Below, in pieces: positions 10,399 through 19,796 of a DNA stretch of 64,000 bases (its first letter is position 1; each line of letters begins with the position of its first letter). The stretch covers positions 2,546-66,545 of the forward strand of contig JASGME010000004.1 in NCBI GenBank assembly GCA_030156615.1, in the 5' to 3' direction. The notes below the pieces were generated by a model. It saw only the letters and a list, made by a program, of their open reading frames with translations. It did not search any database and was not told the DNA's origin. This DNA comes from Candidatus Woesearchaeota archaeon. GTDB taxonomy: Archaea; Nanobdellota; Nanobdellia; Woesearchaeales; UBA119. The position numbers and the translations under genes were made by a program.

Positions 10399-11298
10399 AT
10401 GAAAGTAAGAAGTATGTTCGAGGAGAAGAGAAGGAATATTATCATGTCTTATATAGTCATGGTCCTTTTCTTCTTGTTGATACTTGGTCTAGGCACATTG
10501 CTTGGGTTTGTATTAAATAATGCATGGGCAGGAGCAATTATTACAGGAATAATCTCCTTTGTGTATTTCCTCGTAATTACTATGGTTGGAAATTCAGCCA
10601 TGATGAATCTTGGAAGGGCGAAGCCAGCAGATCCACAAAAGCATCAAGAGTTGATAAACATTGTAGAAGAATTATCCATTGCTGCTGGATTTAAGAAAGC
10701 TCCTAAAGTCTATATCATTGAGGATGAAAGTCTGAATGCATTTGCAACAGGAACAAAACCTGAAAAATCAGCAGTTGCCGTTACATCAGGATTATTGAAA
10801 AAATTAAATAGGACTGAATTGGAAGGTGTTCTATCTCATGAAATTTCTCACATAAAAAACAGGGATAGCATGTTAATGCTTTATGCGATAATGTTTTCTG
10901 GTATAGTTGTAATCTTGAGTAGGATGCTCATAAGAGGTTTTATTTTTGGATCTGGATCAAGAGATAATAAAGGAGTTGCTGGTGTTATTTTAATTATAGT
11001 CGGATTGGTTCTTGCCTTGCTCGCTCCTTTGTTTGCATTACTAATCAGACTTGCTGTGAGCAGGCAAAGAGAATATGTTGCTGATGCTAACGGAGCAATC
11101 CTTACAAGATATCCAGATGGATTAGCTGATGCATTAGAAAAAATAAAAAATGAAGACCATACTGTGAAGAATATTGAACCATCAATATCGCCACTTTTTA
11201 TAGAGAACCCATTAGGAAATAAGAAACAATTCTTATCAAATCTCTTTTCTACACATCCTCCTATTGATGAAAGGATTAGAAGACTTAGAGAGATGTAA
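10399..11298 (+). CDS. htpX: HtpX-like M48 zinc metalloprotease
   Basis: HEISHIKNRD (HExxH) zinc-binding motif, four TM segments, LemA partner upstream. True start may be Met16 (position 10444). Confidence 0.8.
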   Translation: MKVRSMFEEKRRNIIMSYIVMVLFFLLILGLGTLLGFVLNNAWAGAIITGIISFVYFLVITMVGNSAMMNLGRAKPADPQKHQELINIVEELSIAAGFKKAPKVYIIEDESLNAFATGTKPEKSAVAVTSGLLKKLNRTELEGVLSHEISHIKNRDSMLMLYAIMFSGIVVILSRMLIRGFIFGSGSRDNKGVAGVILIIVGLVLALLAPLFALLIRLAVSRQREYVADANGAILTRYPDGLADALEKIKNEDHTVKNIEPSISPLFIENPLGNKKQFLSNLFSTHPPIDERIRRLREM

Positions 11299-11610
11299 TA
11301 AAGCAAAAGGAAAGCTAATGAAAAAACTCATGAGCTTGAATATAAAAACAAAATTTTAAAGAGTCTTGAAATTAATATTTAATTTTAAAAAAATCTCATC
11401 TTAAGAAAAATATTCTAAAAAAAGTTGTTAAATTGTGAATAGTTTATTATATACATTAGAAATTCTCCCTAAAATGGTTAAAACTCTCTTTTGAAAAAAT
11501 TTATTTCAAATAAAAATTCATCATGAACTCGAATATAAAAAAAGATTGAGGATAAAAAAATAAATATGTTTATAAAGAATAAAAACAAAGAGTATCGAAG
11601 AGGCGACAAT

Positions 11611-11820
11611 ATGCCAACTAAAAAAACTACTAAAGGAACAAAAAAAGGAGCAGCCAAGAAAACTGCAAAGAAGGCTACAACATCTAAAAAAGCAAAACCA
11701 AAAGCAACAAAACCCAAATCAACAACAGGGAAAAAGGTAGCTTCAAAGACTAAGGCTGTTGCTAAAAAAGGCACTACTAAGAAAGCAAAAGCCACTAAAA
11801 AAACAGTTAAGAAGAAATAG
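11611..11820 (+). CDS. lysine/alanine/threonine-rich basic protein (histone H1-tail-like / KAP repeats)
   Basis: About 70 aa, roughly 40% Lys, with repeated KK(A/T)xKK units. I chose start MPTKK preceded by a purine-rich stretch. The antisense ORF 11478-11795 in the track is judged spurious. Confidence 0.45.
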   Translation: MPTKKTTKGTKKGAAKKTAKKATTSKKAKPKATKPKSTTGKKVASKTKAVAKKGTTKKAKATKKTVKKK

Positions 11821-11893
11821 AAATTAAGAGATGATCATTGTGGCTTTGTTCTTTATTTTTTTATTTTTTTATTTCTTTGCTTTTTAGGAATTC

Positions 11894-12520
11894 TTAATAT
11901 TTTATCAAAACTAATGCTGTTGAAGCAATCTGAATTCCGTCCATTGTAATATTCTTCTCTATTTCATCTTTTTCTACTAAAGTGATAAGCTCATTTTTTT
12001 GATATTGCTCTAAGATTTTGTTTTTTATCCCTTCAGAAAAATTCACATCAAATAATTCAAGAAATCTTATTGTCTCTTTACCAATTTGCCCAAGCCTGTC
12101 AGTAATTCCCTTGTCGATATAGCAACCAACATACTTTATTCTTATCTCTTCTTCTGAAAAAGAATCCAGAAGTTTTGATTCATCAACTAATTCTTCTTTT
12201 ATTTCTCTATAAGGAGTAATCTCCCTTTCAATTCTTTTATAGAACCAATCTTGGAACTTTAACAAATGTTTCTTTGGCATTGAAAGACGAAGCTCATTCT
12301 CTTCTTGATTCTCAAATTCAGCATCAAACTTATTCTTTAGGTATTCAATAGCAGAAGGTTCAATCTTTATTGCTCCACCTACAGGAGTATAAATCCTCTT
12401 ATTTTCCTTCAATCTGCTTTTGTTTAAAATCAAAAGATATCTTCCAGAAATAATTATCCTGTCTATTGATGCTGCACTTATTCTGATTCTACTGTCCATC
12501 TTTGTATCTTCATTTGACAT
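11894..12520 (-). CDS. hypothetical protein (orphan)
   Basis: 208-aa ORF with coding-like composition; no recognisable motif. Confidence 0.35.
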   Translation of the reverse strand: MSNEDTKMDSRIRISAASIDRIIISGRYLLILNKSRLKENKRIYTPVGGAIKIEPSAIEYLKNKFDAEFENQEENELRLSMPKKHLLKFQDWFYKRIEREITPYREIKEELVDESKLLDSFSEEEIRIKYVGCYIDKGITDRLGQIGKETIRFLELFDVNFSEGIKNKILEQYQKNELITLVEKDEIEKNITMDGIQIASTALVLIKY

Positions 12521-12645
12521 ATTAAATTTAAATACTTCATTATATTAAAATTAATCTATATGAATCTCGGAAAAATCATTGAAAAAGATTAAATCAGATG
12601 AATTCTCAAATCATAATTATCAAATCATATAAAATTCTTTTGCTA

Positions 12646-14304
12646 TCAATCTCTTGATATTATCTCAAGCATCTTAGCGAATGCAGGTCTCGTTATTAAT
12701 ACGCCAACACTAATTCCTACAAGGGTTGTAAATGCAAATCCCCTTAGAAGACCAGCACCAGCGAAGAATAAAGGTATCATTGCCACTGCTGTAGTGAAGA
12801 AAGCTCCAAGCACGATAAAGAATGCATTTGAGAATCTCTTCTTCCAATTAACATATTTCTCTTTTCTAGAACCCTTAAGGATTTCATCAGATATTACTAT
12901 CTGATCATCAATGCCACTGCCAATAGCAATAATTAAACCACCTATTGCGGCTAAATCCAAATTCCAATTAAATGCAGCTGCAATTCCTAATGTTATTACT
13001 AATTCAGAAATCATTACAATTATTATTGGCAGAATAATATGAGGTGTTTTATAGCGGAGGAACAGCATTAAAACTACTACAATAACTGCTACTAATCCAA
13101 TTTGTATCGAATTAACAAGAAATTCTCTGCCAAGCATAGGTGAAAGAGAATCCATCTTGATAATTTCTATCTTTAATGGAAGACTTCCTGTGGAAATTAT
13201 TGTCCTCAAGCTCTCCATATTTTTCCTGCTTGCTTCAACAGCCTCCTCTCTTGTTTTTCCATAACCCGGTCCCGATATTGAGACCGTTGTTGCTGGAACT
13301 CCTCTTAAATCCCCTGCAATATTCAAGCTGTCAACTAACTCATCATCTAAGTAGAAGTCTATTGTTTCATTCAAATAGGATTGAGCCCCTCCTTGACTTT
13401 GAATTATCTGAAGATCTTTTGTAGCTTCTGCAAACCTTTGGGCTGCTTCTTCTGAAAGTGTAATCTGAAAAGAGAAAGTGCACATATATTCATCAGCAGA
13501 AATCTTTGAGCATCCCTTCTGTGGATCAACTGCATAACTGCATTGTGAAGTTCTACAAACAGAAGTTATATCTTCATTTCCGCCTCTAAAAACTGTTGTA
13601 TTGCCTATCTTCGCCTCAAATTTTCCCTGCTGGGATATAAGTTGCCTAACATCTTCATCATTGGCACCTGCAACCTCAACAATTATGAAATTCTCGCCTT
13701 CCAAATCTCTTGCAGACCTAACAACAATATCTGAAAGACCAAAAGCATTCAACCTTTGTCTCAAATTTTCAATTACTAAATCAAGGTCTTCCTGAGAGAC
13801 CAAAGATGAATTATCAGATGATTGATTCCCTTCTATGTTTGGTATTGGTCTGATTATTGCTCTTGTACCTCCTTCTAAATCCAGTCCAAACTTAAGATTT
13901 GTTTTTGGGGCATCATATACCGATAATCCTAAATAAGGTTCTCCATTCCTGTACTCTATTTTTGGAATGAAATATTCAGCTTTGTTTGTTTTTATCAGAA
14001 TAGATTGATTCTCTTTTAATGTTGAGACGATTGAATAATAATCATCTATGTTTTTAACCTGCATAGAATTTATTTCAGTTATTACTTCCCTATCAATAGG
14101 CATTGTATTTGGTAAAGGAGGCGTTATGTTTGCAAGGTGTGCAGGGCTATCCTTGGCTACCGCTCTTATTGAAACCCCTTCTCTAAAAGGATGAGGATTT
14201 ATTGCTACAATAGCCAATACTAATGCAAATATCAAAAGCCATATTCTCCATTCCTTAAGAAGCATTTTGATTTTTCCCATTCTATTTGTCCCCTTTCTTT
14301 TCAA
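12646..14304 (-). CDS. secD: protein-export membrane protein SecD
   Basis: N-terminal TM, large extracytoplasmic domain, C-terminal six-TM bundle with SecD/F signature GSGIDDQIVISDEI; overlaps secF by 23 nt. Confidence 0.8.
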   Translation of the reverse strand: MKRKGTNRMGKIKMLLKEWRIWLLIFALVLAIVAINPHPFREGVSIRAVAKDSPAHLANITPPLPNTMPIDREVITEINSMQVKNIDDYYSIVSTLKENQSILIKTNKAEYFIPKIEYRNGEPYLGLSVYDAPKTNLKFGLDLEGGTRAIIRPIPNIEGNQSSDNSSLVSQEDLDLVIENLRQRLNAFGLSDIVVRSARDLEGENFIIVEVAGANDEDVRQLISQQGKFEAKIGNTTVFRGGNEDITSVCRTSQCSYAVDPQKGCSKISADEYMCTFSFQITLSEEAAQRFAEATKDLQIIQSQGGAQSYLNETIDFYLDDELVDSLNIAGDLRGVPATTVSISGPGYGKTREEAVEASRKNMESLRTIISTGSLPLKIEIIKMDSLSPMLGREFLVNSIQIGLVAVIVVVLMLFLRYKTPHIILPIIIVMISELVITLGIAAAFNWNLDLAAIGGLIIAIGSGIDDQIVISDEILKGSRKEKYVNWKKRFSNAFFIVLGAFFTTAVAMIPLFFAGAGLLRGFAFTTLVGISVGVLITRPAFAKMLEIISRD

Positions 14305-15298
14305 GATGCATTCTCAAGATTCCAACATTCATTAGCCAAGTGTTCATCAAATCTATTATTAATCCTATAAAGACAATTGCCATAATCTGGATTATTACAT
14401 CTGAAGAAGATAATATTAATGCAATTGTGATTGCAATTAAAGTAGTTAAAGACATCATTATCCCGGTACTGAAAGCATCCTTTGTTCTTTCAAATATGGT
14501 TCCTATCTTGTTTTTTGTTAGTCTCGTTGTTAATAATATATCTGAATCAACAGAATAACCAATTAGCATCAGAAACCCAGCTATGCCTGCAGTAGATATC
14601 CTCATTCCAAGGAGATTTGTAATAGCGATTGTACCAATAATATCAAATACTGCAGAAAGGATTACGGCTACAGATGGCACAATTTTTTTGAAATAAAGAA
14701 TTACAACAACTCCCATCATAATAAAAGCCAATAATAAAGCTATCAAGACTTGCCTAAAAAAGTTTTCACTCAAAGAAGAGCTAATTGTCTCAAGTGAATA
14801 TTCGTCTTCTTTTAATTCTCCTATAGTTTGCTTAACTAAATCAAGAAAATAATCCGCCTCTGATTCATCTATTCCTGCTTCTATTATATATGATTGCGAG
14901 GATGTCGACCTGATAATCCTGGCTATGACATCTGCATCAGGTAAAAGAGTCTCTAATTGGCTTTGAAGTTCTTCAGGTGAAATATCAAGATTCTTGTTCA
15001 GAGTTATAGAAATCCCGCCTTTCAAAGTGATTCCCTTATGAATGATTTCACCAGTTGTTGCATAACTTATTATTAGAACTATAATTGAAAATATTATGAA
15101 TGCGAAAGGAATAATCATTAGTTTTTTATAATTCTTATCAAAGAAATTCCCAATATTCCTATTCTTGAAATTCTTAAATAAGCCATTTAATCCATTGAAA
15201 GATGATTTTCCTTCTTTTAAATGCTTCTTAGTCTTATTATTCGTCTCATCTCTTGATTTTGAAGTCTCTTCATTGCGATTTTCTTTGTTTGAACTCAT
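14282..15298 (-). CDS. secF: protein-export membrane protein SecF
   Basis: SecD/F family C-terminal TM bundle (GYSVDSDILL), smaller periplasmic domain, translationally coupled to secD. Confidence 0.75.
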   Translation of the reverse strand: MSSNKENRNEETSKSRDETNNKTKKHLKEGKSSFNGLNGLFKNFKNRNIGNFFDKNYKKLMIIPFAFIIFSIIVLIISYATTGEIIHKGITLKGGISITLNKNLDISPEELQSQLETLLPDADVIARIIRSTSSQSYIIEAGIDESEADYFLDLVKQTIGELKEDEYSLETISSSLSENFFRQVLIALLLAFIMMGVVVILYFKKIVPSVAVILSAVFDIIGTIAITNLLGMRISTAGIAGFLMLIGYSVDSDILLTTRLTKNKIGTIFERTKDAFSTGIMMSLTTLIAITIALILSSSDVIIQIMAIVFIGLIIDLMNTWLMNVGILRMHLEKKGDK

Positions 15299-15369
15299 CC
15301 TTTTCCCTCAGAGTTAATTTATTTGTGACAAAATGAAGCAATTAATAAATCTTTCGCATGATTAGAATA

Positions 15370-16398
15370 TTACCTTTTATGAACTTTTATTGGGGAAGGA
15401 AAAAGAATTCGTTGATATAGAATCAGAACATCTATATTTGAAAGCTTGTCATTATAATATTTTCTTAATTTACTTATAAATTGTTGAAGTATTTTTAAAT
15501 CATTTGTAGCCAAAACTGCAATGTAATTCCATTTGCCTATTGCATGAAAGGCTTCTATAATGTATGGCTTTTCAGCGAGGAAAGCTTTGAAGTTACTTTT
15601 TGATTCCTGACTAACTAAATTAAGACTCATCAACACATAATATCCATGAATCCCAAAGATTGAAAGCTTAACCTTTGTTGAGAATGAACTAATTAATCCA
15701 GAATTCTCTATATGCTTCTTTCTGTATATAAGATTACCAATGCTCATATCAGTCTTTAGATTTTGCTTCATCTCTGTAATCTTTATTCTAGAATTGGAAA
15801 TGAGCTCATTCAATATTCCTTCATCAATTTTCTCTAAGCTTATTAGTTTCTCGTCTCTCTTTTTTTCAACAATCTTTTTAAAATGTTCTCCTTCCGAATA
15901 TGCCCATGGAACACTCCTGTTAACAACAATTTCCTTGATGTCAAAAAGTTCAAGCTCAGTAATATCATCATAAAGAATATCCGAGATATTGTCAATGAAA
16001 TAAGAAGCCTCTTTTATATCATAAAGAAGCAGTTTTATGCAGAAATCTATTTTATCAGTAAACTCTGCGACCTCTAAAACCCTGTAATCTGATGTTAAAA
16101 ATGCATAAAGTTTATCCCTTTTCTCTTGTCCTATCTCTTTTATCTGAAGAAATAATCCATAGACAGAATAACCCAAATCCAAATAGTTTATCTGTGCAGT
16201 TGGCCATATAATCCCTTTTTCCTCTAATTGTGATATCTTTTTTCTTACCCCCTCGCTAGAGAGACGAATAAGGCGTCCAAGCTCATTATTGGAAAGGCGA
16301 GAATTATCTGAAAGGAAATAAAGGAGCTTCTTAGTTTTCTCATCTAATTTATCTTGCTTAAGCTCCGCCTCATTTATTTGAAAGAATCCTCTTTCCAT
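15370..16398 (-). CDS. transcriptional regulator with two Lrp/AsnC-type HTH modules
   Basis: N-terminal LSDNSRLSNNELGRLIRLSSEGVRKKISQLEEKGII, and a second LISNSRIKITEMKQNL...HIENSGLI HTH at about residue 200. Confidence 0.5.
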   Translation of the reverse strand: MERGFFQINEAELKQDKLDEKTKKLLYFLSDNSRLSNNELGRLIRLSSEGVRKKISQLEEKGIIWPTAQINYLDLGYSVYGLFLQIKEIGQEKRDKLYAFLTSDYRVLEVAEFTDKIDFCIKLLLYDIKEASYFIDNISDILYDDITELELFDIKEIVVNRSVPWAYSEGEHFKKIVEKKRDEKLISLEKIDEGILNELISNSRIKITEMKQNLKTDMSIGNLIYRKKHIENSGLISSFSTKVKLSIFGIHGYYVLMSLNLVSQESKSNFKAFLAEKPYIIEAFHAIGKWNYIAVLATNDLKILQQFISKLRKYYNDKLSNIDVLILYQRILFPSPIKVHKR

Positions 16399-16631
16399 TT
16401 TTATGTTTTTGTAAATAGTTATTTATATACTTTTCGCATTTTAACAATAAAAACAAGATAAAAGATGATTTAGTTAAGTAGTAATAACTAATCTTAATTA
16501 TGAAACTTAGGAAAAATTATATTGATAAATTTAATAAATAAACACAAACAGGATAAAAATAACATATAAAATTACATTATATATAAAAAACACTAAAAAT
16601 AATAACTAAAAACACTAAAAACAACTAAAAA

Positions 16632-17099
16632 ATGAAAATCATCAGCAATAAGAATCTAAGAGGACTTGCTTTAATTGACATTATTGCAGGTTTTATTCTT
16701 GTAATTGCTTTATTAAGTTTGATTATTCTAAATGAAAATGAAATCGCTCAAAGAGCAATGCAGTTCCTTTGCTTATTTTCTCTTTGTATCTTCATTAGCG
16801 GTTCAACTGCCTATTTTATTCTTTCAAATATTGCATACAAACTAAGGAAAATCAGAAAGACTGTCAAATCATTTCTTCAACTGCTTAATGATGACGAGAG
16901 AAAGATTGTCTTATTCTTATTAAAGAATGGCGAAAGCAGTCAGAATGAGATTGCAAATTCTACTCATATAAATAAGATGAAGGTCTCGAGGAGAGTTAAA
17001 TCTCTTCAGCAGAAAGGAATCCTTCAGAGCGAATCTGTTGGCCTTAAAAATAAAATTAAGCTTAATAAAAACATTAAGGAATTATTTGATTTAATTTAA
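16632..17099 (+). CDS. membrane-anchored winged-helix (MarR/ArsR-like) regulator
   Basis: Two N-terminal TM helices, then ERKIVLFLLKNGESSQNEIANSTHINKMKVSRRVKSLQQKGIL wHTH. Confidence 0.45.
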   Translation: MKIISNKNLRGLALIDIIAGFILVIALLSLIILNENEIAQRAMQFLCLFSLCIFISGSTAYFILSNIAYKLRKIRKTVKSFLQLLNDDERKIVLFLLKNGESSQNEIANSTHINKMKVSRRVKSLQQKGILQSESVGLKNKIKLNKNIKELFDLI

Positions 17100-17976
17100 G
17101 TCCTGAAGTTCTTTCTACCTCGTATCCTCTTTTGAGAAGCTCTTTTGATATCTCTCTTATTTTGTCTTTATATGGCCCTAATCCTTTCCAGTCAATCAGA
17201 AGAATTGAGGCTTCAATTGAGCTTGACTTCATTGCTGAAATAGCAATCTCCAAATTAAAATCATTAAGATTATATCTTGGGCATATGTGTGAAATTGCAT
17301 ATTCTTTGCTTTTATAGACCTTTTGAAAATTATGACAATAATGTGGCCCTCCAACACCTACTGCCACCTTATATTGAAACGAAGATGAAAATATCTGTTG
17401 AAGAGTTTGAAATATCGTATCAGAGATAACCTTAGCCATAGCTTTATTAATCCAGTTTTCATAAGAAGAGCCTATCTCAATATAACAACAAGGAATTCTT
17501 GTATAGGGCCCATGATGAGTGCATTCCGGGGTAACAATCGTTCCTTGAGAATTCCTTAGAAGATTCAAAAATGCAAGCTTTTGAAATTCAACCCATGAGC
17601 AAGAAACAGATGAAGCCTTACCTCCTAAAATAGGCGAAGAACTAAAATTGCCCGGCGTATGAACTGAAAAAGAAGTAATGCCACTGGAGCTCTTGTGTTT
17701 TGATGGAAAAATTAAATAGTTACAATTAGCCAATTCCTCAAAATCCTCAATATAAATTGAATCAATAGGAAATGTTTTTGCAATTATCTCATAATCTATA
17801 AATTGATTGTTAACTAACAGCCCTTCTTCAGATTCTGTTAAACGATGCTGTTCAATCATCACCTCTCTTATATTTATAGATGCCTCGTCTTTTTCAGAAA
17901 AGACAAACCCAATCCTTTTTTTAATTCCCATGAATAAGCAGCCACAAAAAATATTTAAAAAACTTTTCTTTCCCAA
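17074..17976 (-). CDS. dtdA: D-aminoacyl-tRNA deacylase, archaeal type (DtdA)
   Basis: Motif-for-motif match to archaeal DtdA: ...HTPGNF..., ECTHHGP, YIEIGSS..W, VGVGGPHY, LIDWKG. Likely real start is Met16 (17931). Confidence 0.8.
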   Translation of the reverse strand: MGKKSFLNIFCGCLFMGIKKRIGFVFSEKDEASINIREVMIEQHRLTESEEGLLVNNQFIDYEIIAKTFPIDSIYIEDFEELANCNYLIFPSKHKSSSGITSFSVHTPGNFSSSPILGGKASSVSCSWVEFQKLAFLNLLRNSQGTIVTPECTHHGPYTRIPCCYIEIGSSYENWINKAMAKVISDTIFQTLQQIFSSSFQYKVAVGVGGPHYCHNFQKVYKSKEYAISHICPRYNLNDFNLEIAISAMKSSSIEASILLIDWKGLGPYKDKIREISKELLKRGYEVERTSGLKLNQIIP

Positions 17977-17981
17977 TTCAT

Positions 17982-18587
17982 ATGAAACTATTAGCTTTTG
18001 GCGATGTTCATGGAAATGAGGAATCTTTAAAAAATATAGAAAAAAAGAGTAAAAATTGCGATATTCTCGCAGGGTGTGGCGATTTCTCTATCTTTGAAGA
18101 TGGCTTAGAAAGAACGTTAATACATTTAAATAACCTCAAAAGGCCAGTTGTTTTGATTCACGGCAATCATGAATATGAAGAAGATATGAGACTATTAAGT
18201 GAAGGAAAAGAAAATCTTTTCTTCATACATAAAGGATATGCAATAATTATGGATTTTGTTTTCTTCGGATTTGGAGGTGGGGGATTCTCAGAAAGATTCC
18301 CGGATCTCGACAAAATGATGAAAAAGATGTTGAATGATGTTAAGAGGTTTAAAAAAGAAAATAAGAAGATTATTTTTCTTAGCCACGCGTCTCCATACGA
18401 TACATTACTGGATTCAATAGGAGACAATTCAAAGCTTGGAAACAAATCAATAAGAAAATTTATTGAAGAAGCAGAACCATTGTTGGCCTTGTCTGGTCAT
18501 CTTCACGAGAATTTTGGCAAGCAGGATATCTTGAAAAAGACTCTTTTGGTAAATCCAGGTCCTAACGGCATGATTTTTAATCTATAA
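17982..18587 (+). CDS. small metallophosphoesterase
   Basis: AFGDVHGN, GDFS, IHGNHE, SGHLHE motifs. Confidence 0.6.
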   Translation: MKLLAFGDVHGNEESLKNIEKKSKNCDILAGCGDFSIFEDGLERTLIHLNNLKRPVVLIHGNHEYEEDMRLLSEGKENLFFIHKGYAIIMDFVFFGFGGGGFSERFPDLDKMMKKMLNDVKRFKKENKKIIFLSHASPYDTLLDSIGDNSKLGNKSIRKFIEEAEPLLALSGHLHENFGKQDILKKTLLVNPGPNGMIFNL

Positions 18588-18713
18588 ACATCTTTTAATT
18601 CATTAGAATCTGTTTCTCAAATGATTCTCAGAAGTTTAAATATTGAAATTGATAAGCATATTCTCATTCAGTCTCATCGTAGAATTATAATAGTCTCAAT
18701 GAAGTCTCAAAAT

Positions 18714-18736
18714 TTCCACTGGAAACAAAGGGGTGT
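18714..18736. promoter_or_regulatory. ORB-like element copy 1 (TTCCACTGGAAACAAAGGGGTGT)
   Basis: Perfect 5-1-5 inverted repeat TTCCA-C-TGGAA, then GAAAC and a GGGG string. This matches the archaeal Origin Recognition Box consensus (TCCAgTGGAAAC...GGGG). Confidence 0.5.
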
Positions 18737-18780
18737 TTAAAACAATCCCTTTCAGCTCTTATCAAAATTAAAGATAAAAG

Positions 18781-18803
18781 TTCCACTGGAAACAAAGGGG
18801 TGT
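18781..18803. promoter_or_regulatory. ORB-like element copy 2 (identical 23-mer, direct orientation, 67 bp downstream)
   Basis: Exact repeat of the 23-mer; flanked by AGTCTCA heptamers. Confidence 0.5.
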
Positions 18804-18904
18804 CTCAAATAAGTCTCAATCAAGTCTCAAAATAGTCTTAGTTAAGTCTTCCTTTATAAACTAAAAAAACAAAATTTAAATAGTATGAGACTAAAATAAT
18901 CGAT

Positions 18905-19372
18905 ATGGGGGAAAATCAAAAAGATGCTTATTCTATAGAAAATGTTCTAATTAAGATAGTAGATTCTTTAGATTCCCTTAAAAAAGAGATAAAACAGATA
19001 AAAGAAGATATTAAAGCCAATGAAACTCTTAACAAGGCTCTAATTGAAAGAGTAGAGAAAGTTGAATCCTTATACGAGGATTTAACTAAAGGTGCAACTA
19101 AGAAAGAGTTAGCAGAAAGAAATCAAAGAAAATTAAAAACAGAAAACCAACAAATCGATGCATTAGAAGAAGAGATGCTTGATTCTCTTGAGAAGAAAAG
19201 AAAGGAAGTAATCAAGATGAAAATATTCGGATTGATGAAATCAAATACAATGAGTTTAACAGAAATAAGAAAATTGATAGTAGATAAACTTGGTTATTGC
19301 TCTAAAGCCACTTTTTATAGGTATATCCGTGAGTTATCTCCTCTTCTTAAAGAAAAAGAAGTTTATAAATAG
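18905..19372 (+). CDS. coiled-coil protein with C-terminal HTH/winged-helix-like module
   Basis: N-terminal heptad-rich region; C-terminal SLTEIRKLIVDKLGYCSKATFYRYIRELSP. Architecture resembles the paralog at 46540-47112. Confidence 0.4.
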   Translation: MGENQKDAYSIENVLIKIVDSLDSLKKEIKQIKEDIKANETLNKALIERVEKVESLYEDLTKGATKKELAERNQRKLKTENQQIDALEEEMLDSLEKKRKEVIKMKIFGLMKSNTMSLTEIRKLIVDKLGYCSKATFYRYIRELSPLLKEKEVYK

Positions 19373-19419
19373 ATTAGCTTAATTTTTACTGTAAATTCCT
19401 CAGTATAACTATTTTAACA

Positions 19420-19773
19420 ATGGTAAAAATAAAAATTGTTCATAATGGAACTATAATTGCAGATGATGTAAAAGAGCTTAAAGGCAATTTAGAAAAGGCA
19501 AGAGGCCTTCTTTTTAGAAAAAGGATAGCAAAAAACGAGGCTTTTATATTTATCTTTGATAAAGAAGATTATTGGAGTTTTCATATGTTTTTTATGTTTT
19601 ATCCTATTGATATCCTCTGGTTAGATAAAAATAAAGTAGTTGTTGATTTAGTCAAAAATTTTAAACCATGGCGATTTAATAGGCCAAAAAGAAAAGCCAA
19701 GTTTGTTATTGAACTTCCAAGCGGAACCATAGAAAAATTAAACATAGTTGATGGAACAAAAATAGATTTTTAA
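19420..19773 (+). CDS. DUF192 (COG1430) domain protein
   Basis: Size and pattern (ARGLLFRK...FIF....FHM.FM..PIDILWLD) match DUF192. Confidence 0.5.
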   Translation: MVKIKIVHNGTIIADDVKELKGNLEKARGLLFRKRIAKNEAFIFIFDKEDYWSFHMFFMFYPIDILWLDKNKVVVDLVKNFKPWRFNRPKRKAKFVIELPSGTIEKLNIVDGTKIDF

Positions 19774-19796
19774 TAAAAAAAATAAAAATAATTCAT

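Noticed and set aside
11894-12520. Minimal nucleotidyltransferase / CBASS-like assignment for the 208-aa orphan
   Set aside because: No hG[GS]...DxD motif could be found; this is pure speculation.
18714-18803. Two spaced direct repeats that at first looked like a minimal CRISPR array
   Set aside because: Only two units. The repeat core is a short palindrome with a G-string, which is ORB-like. The spacer-like interval is 44 nt but there are no further units. No cas genes flank the region, and the nearest Cas4-like gene is 28 kb away. I interpret it as origin/operator instead.
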